Source: Octopus bimaculoides (taxonomy: Eukaryota). From it: a stretch of 64,000 nucleotides of DNA. A program made the translations under genes and the position numbers. The DNA is taken from the NCBI RefSeq assembly GCF_001194135.2, contig NC_068984.1, positions 45,133,449 to 45,197,448 of the forward strand, given 5' to 3'. Within the stretch, counting starts at the first letter, position 1, and the number at the start of each line of letters is the position of its first letter. Shown piece by piece: positions 1-14,070 of this stretch. The notes beneath the pieces were generated by a model that saw only the letters and a program-made list of their open reading frames with translations, was not told the DNA's origin and ran no database searches.

Positions 1-61
1 TGTATGGAAATAGATAGGTAAGTTGATGAGTATGAGCGTCAACTGGCAAACACATATACAT

Positions 62-358
62 CTGGCACTCCGTCGGCTACGACGACGGGGTTCCAGCTGA
101 CCCGATCAACAGAACAGCCTGCTCGGGAAATTAACTGTGTAAGTGGCTAAGCACTCCAGAGACACTCGTACCCTTAAAGTAGATTCAGCGTAACACAGAA
201 TCTGACAAGACCCTTGAAATACAGGTACTATTCATTTTTGCTACTTGTATAGACTGGAGCAACGTGAAACATAATGTTTTACTCAAGGGCACCATGCAAC
301 ACTAGGTATCGAACTCACGATCTGACGAGCTTGAACCGAATACCCAAACTACTAAGCC
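62..358 (-). mobile_element. tRNA-derived SINE, family D head/core joined to a family A-type 3' tail
   Basis: 62-210 is the reverse complement of the 3' part of the copies at 6242 and 11268; 250-358 is a reversed tRNA-like head plus the GACTGGAGCAACGTGAAA core. Confidence 0.75.
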
Positions 359-2317
359 CATATATATATATTTATATATTGACATATAATGCTTACATAC
401 AAATGTAGATGCATACATACTCATGATAATATTTTTATACATAGGTATGTGCATCTATATGTAAGCATGTACGCACACATGTGTATACTCACACACTCAC
501 ACACGCAGATACATATGTATGTAGACATATACATACATATTCATATGCTTACTTACGCATAAATACATATCTATACATACGTATATGTGTACATATGCGC
601 TTGTGTTTGTGTGTATGTGTGAATATGCTTACATGTAAAACTGCCTATGTATAAGATTAATAATAGAAAATGACTAATATCGGAAGTGATTGATATGTTT
701 ACCATAGATTAGATTAGCTATCAGAGAACCACACATTGAGGAAACGACAGCAGCAGTATATCACAGCAACTATGTAGTATTTTATAAATATAAATATCAT
801 TTCAAAAGCAATTCACGAGTGTTAACTGCTCAATCGATCACGTATTTATATTTCACTCAGCGTGTGGATTGTGTAGAATGGAGGTAAGCTTAGAGAAGGA
901 AAACAGTTTTGAAGCGTAAGTAATTAGTCTAAGGTGTTTTGTGTGGCTTCCTATCGCGTCTGCTATCTTACCATCAATCCTAGGTATAATTAAGCTATTG
1001 TATTACACATATAGCCGTTATAGAATTACAAAAACTTAGGAAACGCAATCGTCTGAGGTAAAGATTTTGTAGCCGATGTTATGAGGTTTTTAGATAAATG
1101 TAAACAAAAGTCGTGTTGATAACTCTTCCTGTTTGTCTTTTTTCTTTTCCTTTTTTCTTGTACATTTGTCTAACGACTCAAAGCATCATCTAAAAATGTT
1201 GCGGTTACCTTGAAGTTGTCCATCCATGCTGTGTAATGTAATAAGTAGTTAGAGAGTCAGGTAGATGTTTCTACGTGCGGTTTGCAGGTGTAGCTGACTT
1301 CATTCCTGAGAGATTTCTAAGGTGGTTTCACAAGAGGAGCTTCCGGCCCTCTCAAATTACATATTCTGAAAAATGCACCGATTCAGATGGATAGTTGAAT
1401 AGATGTACAGATAAGGAGAGAGTGAATCGATTCAAGAACTTAATTAGTACTTTGTTTATCGAAAGGCAAAGTTAACTTCGACACGATTCGTTCGAACTTA
1501 AAACGCAGAGCAAGAACAAATACGCAAGGTATTTTATTCAACTCAGTCAATTTGCTGCCTTTTAATAACAATTAACAATCGATTAAATCGATCCTAATAC
1601 TTGGCTGGTGCTCATTGTATTGATTCCAGAACTTTAAATGACAAAATTATTGTCTTCCTCTTCGGTTATAATTCAGTTTTCATCTAGTATGCTTTATAAA
1701 AGTAGTAAATGACTTCCAATACATGACTGGTATTTTATTGTATTGTTCGCCGAAGAAAAAATAAAAGCAAAATTGAAGTCTCTGGGATTTGGACTCTGAA
1801 AGTAAAGGATCGTTACCAATTACTGTAGACATTTTGTCCGACTCTCTAGCATATCCACCTGATCCACGAAGCATGATTTGAACTAGAAATTCAAAAGGAT
1901 GTAGCGAAACACACCAAAGGAATTATTCAAATACTCCATAGATTCTGCCATATAAAGACCTCAAGGACAGATGAATGATAAACGTATTAATATTTCTCTT
2001 TTAGGAATAATATGAAGAGCACAATTGAGATTTATTAACTAATTGTGATTCAAAGAAAAGGACAGTAGATGTGAGAAGAGAGGCTTAGCGGACACCATCT
2101 ACCCTAATACTTGGTTGGTACTTTATTTTATTCACCTTGGAATTCGGGCGAGGGAATTAGCTGCACTACTTGGCAGACATTGGATTTAATCAACTTCAGA
2201 AGATGAAAGGCAAAGTTGACCACAGATGGTTTTTAACGCAGAACGTAAGGAAATGGGAGAAATATTGTAACGATTTTGTCAGCTAATCGTCTTTCTGGGA
2301 GCTAATAATGGCCTCAA

Positions 2318-2978
2318 AATTTGAGACAAGGCCAGCAACCTTTAGGGTGGAGGTAAGTACATTATATCGACTCCGATTTCTTAACTGGTGCTTTATTCTA
2401 CCGAGCGCGAAACGAAGAAAAAACAAAATTGACGTCGGTGGTGTTTGAACTCAGAGCGTAAAAATCGGAAAAATGCTGCTAAGCATTTTGTCCTGCGTGC
2501 TTAACAATTCTGCCAGCTCGCCGCCTCTTTGGGAGTTAATAATCCTCTCTACTGCAGGCACAACTGATATTTTCGGGGGTTAGTCGATTACAACGAACAC
2601 AGTACTTGACTGGTACTTATTTCATCGACCCCGAAAGGATGAAAGGTAAAGTCGATCTCGGCGGCGTTTGAACTCAAAACATATAGATGGACGTAATACT
2701 GTTAAGCATTTTCCCGGCATTTTTCTCGATATGTTAACGACCCTGTCAGCCCTCCGCTTTAATTTCTGAAAATTAATAATCCTTTCTACTAAAAGCACAA
2801 GGCCTGAAACTTGGTGGAGGTGGATAGTTGATTACATCGATCCCAGGACTCAACTGGTTCTTAATTTATCGACCCCGAAAGGATGAAAGGTAAAGTCAAC
2901 CTCGGTGAAATTTGAATTCAGAACGTATATACGGTCGTAATACCCGGTGTGCTAACGATTCTGTCCGCACACCGCTTT
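2318..2978 (-). mobile_element. three head-to-tail SINE-B copies
   Basis: Three successive units, each with CTGGT..TTAT..CGACCCCGAAAGGATGAAAGG-like and TTTGAACTCAGA-like motifs; older fragments also at about 1440-2290. Confidence 0.85.
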
Positions 2979-3163
2979 ATTTTCTGAGAATTCATAACGA
3001 CATTTCGTTTATAGAGTTCTGTATTTAATATCAAAGGTGCCATATAAGCGGTTGCTTGACTTTATAGAAATAACACTAGAATCTCTCTCAACATACACTC
3101 TACGATTTTAAAAAAGTAGGATACTTTCGATAATGTATTCTAGGTACATTATTCTTAGAGAAG

Positions 3164-3385
3164 AAGGCGGCGAGCTGGCAGAAACATTAGCACGCTGGAC
3201 GAAACGCTTAGCAGTATTTCGTCTGTCTTTACGTTCTGCGTCCAAATTCCACCGAGGTCGACTTTGCCTTTCATCCTTTCGGGGGTCGATAAATTAAGTA
3301 CCCGTTGCGTACTGGGGTCGATTTAATCGACTGGCACCCTCCCCCAAAATTTCGGGCCTTGTACCTATAGGAGAAAAGATTATTT
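3164..3385 (+). mobile_element. SINE-B, short tail
   Basis: AAGGCGGCGAGCTGGCAGAA head, B-box-like GTCCAAATTCC, GACTTTGCCTTTCATCCTTTCGGGGGTCGATAAA core, GAAAAGATTATT tail. Confidence 0.9.
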
Positions 3386-6241
3386 TTAGCGAAGAAAATA
3401 AGAAAACTGGACGGCCATGGTTTTAATACCTTTCACAACAGTTCCACGTGACGGCGCGTAACCTAGTGGCTTGTGTGTTCGGCTCACGTGCATATGATCT
3501 TTAGTTCAATTCCTGGATAGTGGAACGTCGTGCTCTCATGCAAAGTATTTCAATCATATTACCTCGGCCGATACAGCTCTAATTAGTAGTAGCAATATGC
3601 TGGTACAACTTTTCTACTCCGTTGTTCTGATGATTAAAGGAAAGAGTGTCGATATCCTTAAAGAAAAAGGTATCTATGTCTCTCCGCTGCTATATGTGCA
3701 CCTAAAACAATGAAGGAACGTATGGCACGCCTTACCAAACCATACACGTTCGCTACTGACAGCTTTCTCTAATTTATAGGTCTACCCAATCAGAGTCAAC
3801 TTGGGATAAAACAACGACAATAACCACGAAACGTATTCAAATTCAAGACCGTGTCACACGAAATTGATATTAAAATGAACATAGTGCCGGTGCCCTATAT
3901 GCATTGCTCCCTATTTAGATATTCTGGGATTTTCTTTTTTAGACCCAAAACAATATTCTACGGGGAAGATAGTATATTTGCTGTTAAATGTTACATAACT
4001 CACTCTTATCATGGAAACTAAAACTGAAACATGGAATTTCTACGTGATTGCTCAACCTGCTTTACATCGATGACAACTCAACCCGGAAATACACTCTACT
4101 CTCTTTAAAAACATGCACACAATTGGATATTATGACTGAAGAAAAGCAACAGAATTTTTATAACTGGAACATTTTGGGATCTAAACAACAAGTGCAGCAA
4201 AGTGTAAAAGCATTTAATATGATAGGCTAGCGACTGTGACTCATTCAACTTCCCATGTATATGAATATTATATCATATAAACCAAGTAATTCTTGGTATT
4301 CTGTTGCCTTTTTGCACAATCACATCACGTTGCATTGCAACAACTCTGTATAGCAGTCCAATCGACGCAAGTCAAATAATCTGCTAATGTCTGAATACTA
4401 AATGAAGAAACTACGTCATGACTTTTTCAATAAGAGTTAATCTTATTTAACGGAGAGACGATACTTCTGTGGCATTACTTTGTCGTTATGTTGTCATTTT
4501 GTTGAAAGATTCTTATTCTGTCTTCATATAATGCATTTCTATTTATCAAGGGATTGTGTTAAGTATTTATTGTAAAGCATATCTAATACGGCAGGCAATA
4601 GCGATTTGCTATTATTCTATTTCCATTAACTGTAGAAGGACAATTTCGTGTTTACATTGCTAGCTTTGAAATTAATTTAGGTTTCCAAGTAAATCTATCA
4701 ACATCGCAGGAAAAAATCTAAAGCTGATTATTTTCATTATTTAACTGACATGGCATTTCTCCTTGAAATGACAGCTATGTCAATCAGCTTTTCATTTGAA
4801 ATTTATTCATAATGTTCATGTGTTGCAGCAGCACGAGGAAACATATTCATACAATTCATTGAATTGACATAACTCCGTTGAATTGATCACAATATATTAC
4901 TGGTACTATTTTTTTTTATTGATTTCAGACAGAAAAATGTAGAGTCAGTCCTGTTTGAAAAGACATATAATCAAAAGCATTACATACGTGACCAACCCGT
5001 CTTTTACTCAGATGCAGCATTAACGAATATATGATTCGATGTGCTTGATTTGAGGGAGATTTGGCTTTTATTTCTAGTAGGTTGTACAACCAAGTGGATG
5101 CTTCCCTATTGGCTGGTTGATGGGAATTTATATCAGAATGTAAACAAACGACATTAAATATTTTAATGACGCTGCGTGAATGAAAGTCAGATTCGATCCT
5201 AGTTAGATCTTAAACACAAAACACTAGATATAAGAAATTAAGAAACATTTAACCCAATGTTCTAGCATTTCCACCATTCCATCATGATTGTTTGTGTTTA
5301 TAATGATTGTACTCAGAAGAAATAACGACCATGGCCGTTATTGTCTCTTCCACACTGGGGACATTGATATGATTGATGTTCAGGTTTAAATATCTGGAAA
5401 TCAACATATGCTGGGAAAATCTGATCAGGAAAGGAGACTCTAAAACACTGAGTTTCGGAGATGAAAAGGAATAAGGGGAAGAAGTTCCTAAAAGGCAGGA
5501 TACAGCTACTAGGGCGCCAGTGGAAGAAGAGACAGGCGTGTCAATTTGTCCTAGTTGGAGTGGCGTGGCATTTACCTAGAAGAATAAAGGCTATTGTAGT
5601 AACATTAGAATAACCAATGAATGAGACAGCTGTTTTTGCAGTTATGATGTTAAATTGAATAACATACTAGGTTTGATGATAGTTTAGCATAATCGTTAGA
5701 GCCTGTTACGGTATTCTGAGTTCAAATTCCTTCGCGATCAACTTTGCCTTTATCCTTCCAGGATCGACAAAAACAAGTACCAATTAAGTGGTGGGGTTGA
5801 TTTCATCGACTGTCAGAAATTACTATTATTAAGGCGTCGTGCAAAATGTCTTGCAGTTACTGTCCTGTTATGTTCTAAGCTCAAATTCCACTGAGGTGAT
5901 TTTACTTTTCATGTTTCTGGAGTTGATTAAAATGAAGCACTAATCAAGTATTAAGGTCGGTTTGATCAACATTGGTTCTCCCCAATATTCGAGATTTTTG
6001 TTTCTGTTAGAAATTAATAAACTTCCGGACTAAGTTTCATTTATAATTTTAAAATGGCACCTTTTTACACTTTGATATTCTTTTATATCATGACTGTTTG
6101 ATCTGCAATTTATTTCCATCATTGATTGCAAGTATCGGAGTTTAAAAGGAGAACCAAACGAGCGTTTATATTAATACACTGTGTTAATCAATCATTTTTA
6201 CTTAGCTTGAATTCACCTAAACACTGTTACTTATAGAAAGT

Positions 6242-6616
6242 GGAGGCGCAATGGCCCAGTGGTTAGGGCAGCGGATTTGCGGTCATAGGATCGCGGTTTC
6301 GATTCCCAGACCGGGCGCTGTGAGTGTTTATTGAGCGAAAACACCTAAAGCTCCACGAGGCTCCGGTAGGGGATGGTGGCGAACCCTGCTGTACTCTTTC
6401 ACCGCAACTCTCTCTCACTCTTGTTTCTGTTGTGCCTGTATTTCAAAGGGTCAGCCTTGTCACACTGTGTCACGCTGGATATCCCTGAGAACTACATTAA
6501 AGGTACACGTGTCTGTGGAGTGCTCAGCCACTTGCACGTTAATTTCACGAGCAGGCTGTTCCGTTGATCGGATCAACGGAACCCTCGACGTCGTAACCGA
6601 CGGAGTGCCAACAACA
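6242..6616 (+). mobile_element. full-length SINE-A with 13-bp TSD
   Basis: A box TGGCCCAGTGG, B box GTTTCGATTCC; ACTTATAGAAAGT duplicated at 6229-6241 and 6617-6629. Confidence 0.93.
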
Positions 6617-8971
6617 ACTTATAGAAAGTTTCATGAATGGATTATCTGCTTCAACCTTTAAACGGCAGGAAAATGAATGCGCATGCTAAACGGGCCAAAA
6701 ACAAAAAAGTGTCTTCTCTTAAAGGTAATTTTCAAACTTATTTTCACTTTAGATAAGTACAAAACCTTTAATTATTAGTCTCATGTACAATAAAATTTAC
6801 ATTATCATTGATCATAATTTGATTGATGTTGATTGTATTCATGTAAAATTTTTGAAGCATCAATTCCTGACGTCCGCCATATAAGGGTTAAATACCTTTT
6901 ATGATGACAAATGATTGGAGTAGATACAAAGTGTTCGCTGAACCATTCTAGAAATAAAATCTCCCCACCCCAAGTCCTCCCTCAAATTACACATTACCAT
7001 CTTAAAGTTAGAAAGAAAAAGAAAGACATCTTAGACACAAAGTGGTATGGTCAAAGCTAGAATCAGCTCTGATCTTGTGGCTAAAAATAGCAAAAACAAC
7101 AACCGATGCATATGACAACTCATAGTCGTAATTAGCCACCTACCATAGAGATCCTAGAGCTCCTAGCCACCTACCATAGAGATCGGTGGTGTGTCAGCGT
7201 ATAGACTGAATTATCTTTATTCTTTATTTTGAAGTAAGAAACTCTATATCTTCTAGATACACAGTTTCTGTACATAAAGATGATACACTGTATTGGGATG
7301 TGGTTACATTTTTCAACTGAAACTATTTTATTTTATTTATACCAATTTTGTCCTAGGAAAAAAAATGAACACCCTAAATTTTCTTTCCCCTGTTTCCTGA
7401 GAATATACGTTTATTGTATCTTGTTAAAAGGTGGCGCAGATGAGTGTACTTTGCCTTTGTGTGCATCGGTAGCAACACCGAAAACGTAAGGCGTGCCTCG
7501 TGAAACTTGGCTCATTCAGAGGTCCTAGTTTGATCTGGCCTGACCTGGTCATGACAAACGGAAACTATCATGTGCATTAATCCTTTATAGCACTGAATAA
7601 AGATCAAGTAGTTGCACAACGGTGTCATATTGAGTGATTAATGCTATGTGACCGACTGGCACCACGCCAACGGCATGAAACCTATTAACTGACAGCTGTT
7701 TTAGATAAGGGCATTTAGCCTTTGTCACAACGTCCAACAAAATTTAGAGATTCGTTGACTTCTGTCCGTTAAGACATTTCATTAATATTGTTTACTTAAA
7801 TTGGTACAAAAGCTTTGAAGTTTATATGGTACGTTTATAGTCGATTGCTCCAACTTCTTTTATAATAGTATTATGTATTTTACTGTTCTATGGGCGGAGG
7901 ATGAAAACCGATATCTACTCTAACGTGATTGGAACACAAAACGTTGAATAAGCGACTAAATAGCACAATGATTTTCGTTTCGAAATGCTTGATTTGCAAT
8001 TCACCGCTATTGATGTCTCATTAATATTGGTTTCAACTTTTGGCACAAGGCCAGCAATTTCAGTGAATTGCATCGACCCTAGTACTCGAAATTGAAATTT
8101 GAAACCAATATTTCACTGCACGCACTGTGAAAGTGACATAAGTTTCCTTCACCCTTTCAACGCTTGCATTCCACCCATCAGATGTTTCTGAGTGTAGCTT
8201 CCTGAAGATGGTTCTAAGTATCATTTGCCAATTGCAAAATAAATCCTATTTAATGTGTAGATTTTTCAGCTCTCGGAAGGCAACGAAGTTTTCCACACCG
8301 CAATGAGTGGACATAGCTCTAAGTTTTGAAATGGTTCTAATAGGTTTTAATTTTATACATCTTATAAAGTGCTGTTGTTGAAGCGCTATGATGATGTTGT
8401 TGTTGTTGTTATTGCTATTGTTGTTGTAGTTGTTGTTGCTGTTTTGTTCTAAGTCAGCTCCGATGAATCTGATATATGAGCGAAGGTATTCCAGCAGTGA
8501 TCATTCAATTATTTTATTCAGACATAGTATATTTAGGGAAGTATTATCGAAGGTTCCCCTTTTAAGGTTGTAAGATGTTATATGAAGAAAATTTAACTGG
8601 TGTTACTAGCATACAAAGAGCCCCGCTTAAAGGCTCTCTCATGGGTTTCACCAGTGATATAGGATATTGGTGGTGAGTTTTGGGCAGCTTAAATTAATCA
8701 TCTACTGTCGTACCAATAGCTTTATTTTCGGCTGCGTTGAGGTTCCTGAATAAGCAATGTGAGCCATTTATCTACGATAGATAAAGGCTCTGCTTGGTGC
8801 ATCAGACTTGGGCTGTGTAAGCGGGATTTCTTCTTTCTCTATCCAACTTGTTCACTTTTCTCAAAACATTTTAATGTCATATTGGCAACATTTCAAAACC
8901 AACGTTGAAGTATCGACAGTGGTGGTGTTTTGATTTCAAACTCCCTCCCTCACTCACTTTCTTTTGCGTCA

Positions 8972-9007
8972 GTGTGCGTGCGTGCGTGCGTGTGTGTGTG
9001 TGTGTGT

Positions 9008-9083
<76 letters not shown>
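8972..9083. repeat. (TG)n microsatellite
   Basis: Direct reading; many similar TG/TA/AG/ATAC tracts occur throughout the window. Confidence 0.98.
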
Positions 9084-9090
<7 letters not shown>

Positions 9091-9993
9091 AAGCTTGTAA
9101 ATAGATAACCTACCTAAATTATTCTGAAACTGTTCATGTTTTTACCTGTCCGTAATATAATATTACCACATAATATTATTAATCATTCTGCGACCTAGCA
9201 AGGTAGCCCTTGTCGCAGTTGTACAATTTGCTAGAAATAGCAGCCATCGCTCCCTCAAACACTCTACCTTAAAAGCATAGAATCGTAGGTTAGGAAAATT
9301 TGGAAAATAGGGCCTTCATTTCTGGAATACCTCTGATCACAAATCTGCTCCTTCAGGGTTTCCTTGAGCTAACCATCAACTGCAGCTGTAACGAAAACAA
9401 AATTAGCAACAACAACAGCATTAACAATATCATTAGCATTGTATTGTGTCGCCGAAGGCTGCATCATTGGATTTGTCTGTGTCACACCTCTGAAGAGCTG
9501 TTAATTGCAATTAAGCCATCTGCTAATAACATTTGCTCATTCAGTTCCGTACCTTCCTTTAACTATTATTAAGCCTTGCTCTGTACCATTAGTATTGTTT
9601 AGCCCTAGGTCAGGCCTTACTCCAGCAGTCATGTTCATTCTATCTCTCCTATCAGACCTGGTGTTTTTTAGTGTTTCTTATCCAATATGCCCTTCTTGTT
9701 TTTTTAAATCGGCAGATATGATTTGGGGAAGATTAGACTACTATTGCTAGCAACTTGAGCGACTTCGAAAAGATTCTCTGATTGACTCGTACATTTTGTT
9801 TTTATTGTTGTTTCGGTGCGAACTAAATACGATGGCGCCACAGCAAGTGAGAACAGTTAACAAAGCAATAAAATTAATTGCATTAAATTTAAATCTCCGT
9901 TAGGAGAAATTATTAATTTTCATATCAACAGTTTAATTATTTACTAAAATTTGCAATGGGATACAAAGTAATGCTAATATTTGAAAGCGAACC

Positions 9994-10212
9994 AGGGCGA
10001 CGACCAGGCAGAACTGTTAGTACTCCGGGCAAAATATTTTGGGGTATTTCGTCCGTCTTTATGTTCTGAGTTAAAATTCCGCCTCGGTCGACTTTATCTT
10101 TCATTCTTTCAGGTTCGATAAAATAAGTACCAGTTGAACACTAATGCAGATGTAATCGACTTATCCCTTCCCCTAAAATTGCTGACCTTGTGCCAAAATT
10201 TGAAATCAATAT
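9994..10212 (+). mobile_element. SINE-B
   Basis: Diverged head, GAGTTAAAATTCC B box, shared core. Confidence 0.85.
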
Positions 10213-11041
10213 TTGAAAGGGAACCCTCGACTGCTTTGCTGGATGTCAGTTCACTATTGATATGCCCATCAACCAACATTTCCTTATAATAACATTCAGG
10301 TAACCCAAATATAATTGATTGAAAACCGTAGAATAAAATGTTGAACCTACAAAATTCCAGCATGCATCTAAAATGCACTTCTACTTACCTATACCTAATA
10401 AACAGTATGTACACTTTTGGGTGCATGGGGACATTTTGCTGACCTGCATCTGTCAGGGCATAAATAAGTTTGGGGGCACCGTTTTCGTTGTCGTTGTAGT
10501 CCAACACTTCTGTACATATCTCGAAAATTGTCCTTACCTTGAAATACAAACCTTTCTGAAATCATACTATCTTCTCACTACTCTATCCAGGCCGTGAAGT
10601 AGCAGTGTAATTTTAGTGTATACTTTCAAGGATAAGTACAACTCACATTCGCCGAAGATAGAACTTCAATATGTGTGTCACAGAAATTCTGGTCTTGCTG
10701 ATGTCTCCCACATCTATGACTAGTTACCTAAAACCATTGAGCAAGTGACTTTGCTTCCAGCCGGATCCATAGGTCACGTGAATATACACAATGTCCCTTG
10801 ACAGTGGCTATATTTGTTGGAAAGAAACTTTCTTGAAAAGCTTCATCAAAAAGGTTCTTGTCCGCTCTGTTTCAAAACATTCTTCCCTCACAACTTTCAG
10901 CATCATGTATACGGAGAAAGTCTGCTTGGTGCTGTTTTTGTGACGGGCTACTCAAAGCAATCCTTGTATTATGTTGTATGTGCGTGTTTGTGCGCGCTTG
11001 TGTGTGTGCATGTGTGTGTGAGTGTGCGCGTGTACGTTTGC

Positions 11042-11100
<59 letters not shown>

Positions 11101-11267
11101 GTGTACTAATTAATTTATCAACTCACAGCTGTTTCTATTTATAACAATTACGTTGATGGAGAATGGTTTTTGAGTTTAGTTGTTGGTGTTGCTGCTATAA
11201 TAGTTTTCACTGATTTTCTACTCTTTTGGTTCATTTTCCTCTTATTACATTTGTTGATGGTGTGCTT

Positions 11268-11651
11268 GTGGAGGCGCAATGACCCAGTGGTTAGGGCAGC
11301 GGAGTCGCGGTCATAGGATCGCGGTTTCGATTCCCAGACCGGGCGTTGTGAGTGTTTATTGAGCGAAAACACTTAAAGCTCCACGAGGCTCCGGCAGGGG
11401 ATGGTGGCGAACCCTGCTGTACTCTTCCACCACAACTTTCTCTCACTCTTACTTCCTGTTTCTGTTGTGCCTGTAATTCAAAGGGTCAGCCTTGTCACAC
11501 TGTGTCATGCTGAATATCCCCGAGAGCTACGTTAAGGGTACACGTGTCTGTGGAGTGCTCAGCCACTTGCACGTTAATTTCACGAGCAGGTTGTTCCGTT
11601 GAATCAACTGGAACCCTCGACGTCGTAAGCGACGGAGTGCCAACAAATACA
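11268..11651 (+). mobile_element. full-length SINE-A with 12-bp TSD
   Basis: Closely similar to the 6242 copy; GATGGTG(T/C)GCTT at 11256-11267 and 11652-11663. Confidence 0.93.
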
Positions 11652-11868
11652 GATGGTGCGCTTATAAGTTTAATTGTTGCTTCTTGTTGTTACTGTTGTT
11701 GTCGTCGTCGCTGTTGCTGTAATGTTGGTGGTTGTAGTTGTGTTGACGGTAGTTGTGACTGCTTAATGGAGTTTCTACGTTTTATTGAATCTCCTATTTT
11801 TAACCTAGAACACTATAATTGTCTTCTTTTTTTTTTCTCCACTTCATTCCAACGAAGACCTCTTGCAG

Positions 11869-11941
11869 CATGTCTTTCATGTCAACTTCATCGCAAGATG
11901 AGGTCTCAAAATCGGAACGATATGAGGTGGTGAGGGAAAAG
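11869..11941 (+). CDS. candidate 73-nt exon (MSFMSTSSQDEVSKSERYEVVREK), product unknown
   Basis: T-rich tract, then CTCTTGCAG acceptor and AAG|GTGAGT donor; one open frame; no homology recognised. Confidence 0.3.
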
Positions 11942-13094
11942 GTGAGTCTGCGCGTTTGTGTTTTCTCGTTTTGCTGGGGCAAGCAATGCTGGAAACTCTT
12001 TTTATTTGTGGTTGTGAATTTTGTTGTTCTGCCATTTCTATTTCTATTATCAATGTTACTGTTTGCATCGTTATTGTTTGTATTGCTGTTGTTGCTGCTC
12101 CTGCGGCTGTTGACACATCTTCTATTTTTGCTGCTGCTCTGGCTTTTGATGCTGCTGTTGTCGCCTTTGTTAATGTCGATGTTGTTACAGAATGTGGGGT
12201 TGGAAGAGGTGCGGACCTTTTATTTTTGCTCTCTGATGTTTGGGAATACCATACATGTGGAAATTAGGTCCTCTCTCTTCCTTTCACTTTCCCAAACCGC
12301 TAGATGCTGTTTGGCACGTTGATCCGGTCAGGGATGCTTTCAAGTTTTTCCCAATCTGTTTAACCGGGGAGTTTTAAACTTCTGACAATTTTTTTCTGAA
12401 ACAGCCAATCTATTTCTAAGAATGTCACTTCATCATCCTCGTCGTTTTAAGTGATATCCACCAGCCACCATCTATTTAATTTATCCTCACCTACGCCACT
12501 TGCCACTTCACTATCTATAACACAATGACAATGAACTTCTCACTCTGAAAGGATTTGTAGTGTGGGTTATTGACTCAGTTTTAGAGAGAACTCTGACCTG
12601 TCGTTTTTCCGTACCGTCTGCTGCAAGTAATGAAGATTCTTTTTTTGTTTTTCTCTCATATTGTCTTGTTGCACTTCTTGACAGTCTGTTTATCCACCAC
12701 CGTTTCATGCCTGTGCATCGGTAGTTACCGTCTACTTTCCTATATTTTCCATCACCTACAGACACAAGGCTGTGGTCACTTTTTTACCTTATTTCAAACG
12801 AGTCCACGGCCTTCATTTAATTGACACTTTTGTATCTCCAGTAACTCTGTTACACTTGCTCTAGTATAGTCGCTGTTTTTGCTGATGCTGGTGCCGAAAC
12901 AGCTTCCGGTTGAGGTGTTGCCAGCGAACGCAGTGAATTGGTGGTGGCTATGGTACTTGGTGCGGTAGTATTTCTCCGACTTATTGAGTTGGTGGCAGCA
13001 GAGTTGTTGCAGATTTTTTTCTCTTCACCTCCAGTATTGCTGCTGGTTCCCTTGTCGTTTGGCATGGTGTAGTTGTTGTTGTTGTTGTTGTTAT

Positions 13095-13427
13095 TTTATC
13101 GGCTCCGAAAGGAAAGTGGCGAAGTTGACCTCGGCATAAAGAACCTCAAGAAATGCCGGTAAGCATTTTCTTCGACGCATTAACGACTCTGTCAGCTCGT
13201 CGCCTTTCGTAGTTAAATAATCCTTTCTACTATAGACACAAGGCCTGGGTTTTGTGGGGAGAGGGACAGTTGATCACATCGACCCCAGTAATCAACTGGT
13301 ACTTGATTTATCGACTCCGAAAGAATGAAAGGCAAAGTCGATCTCGGTGGAATTTGAACTCAGAACGTACCGGCAGATGAAATACCGCTAAGCATTTCGC
13401 CCGGCGTCCCAACAATTCTGCCAGCTT
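13095..13427 (-). mobile_element. two tandem SINE-B copies, the first partial
   Basis: Repeated GAAAG..AAGT.GA.CTCGG and CAGCT..CGCC motifs. Confidence 0.85.
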
Positions 13428-13879
13428 ACCGCCTTCTTTTGTGACTAAATAATAACATCAGTCTTATGTTGCTTTCAGCTAAATAACTACTCACTTCTTG
13501 TTCTATTCTATATATCATAGAAAGGATTAAAGCATTCAGTACCATTTTCTTGTACAATGAATCATCATGGATTGGAACAGTTTTGGTTCGTATACGAACC
13601 AACAGATCGCTTGATAAGTCTTCATCTCTGCTAACCAAGAGTGAATACAAAACGACTAAAGAAAAACTTAGTTTGATCTTCCTGACTAAAACTTATGCCA
13701 AACCAAATGCTGTGCTACAACACTGAAAAAAAAACAACAAAACTCTCTAACTGCATGCTGTCGTGTTTATTTACAAACCAAAATTACTTCGGTATTCATG
13801 CTTGAAGGTGAGGCACAATAGCAATAGTATTGGCACCATGTTAGATATCATATACTCAAGTATAATAATGATTTCAAAA

Positions 13880-14070
13880 TTTAGTTCAGAGCCAGCAGTT
13901 TTTGACGATTACATCGACCATAGTGTTCAACTAGTAATTATTTTATTGAACCTGAGAGGATGAAAGGAGAAGTCGACCTCGGTGGAATTTGAACTCAAAA
14001 CGTAAAGACGGACGAAATGCCGTTAAACATTTTCCCCCGCTGGTTAACGATTCTTCTCACTCGCTGCCTT
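13880..14070 (-). mobile_element. SINE-B
   Basis: GGATGAAAGGAGAAGTCGACCTCGGTGGAATTTGAACTC. Confidence 0.85.

Noticed and set aside
861-883. Microexon-like AG/GT pairs (also 1209-1228 -, 20887-20906 -, 30556-30607 +, about 36500-36531 +, 43980-44008 -, 47950 -)
   Set aside because: Isolated splice-like motifs occur at chance frequency in AT-rich DNA on both strands; no supporting homology.
6242-6320. tRNA gene calls at SINE heads
   Set aside because: A and B boxes continue into SINE bodies with TSDs; no convincing cloverleaf with acceptor stem was seen.
12850-13065. 71-aa S/T/A-rich ORF (MPNDKG...)
   Set aside because: Low complexity next to an (AAC)n tract, no recognisable domain and no strong donor.
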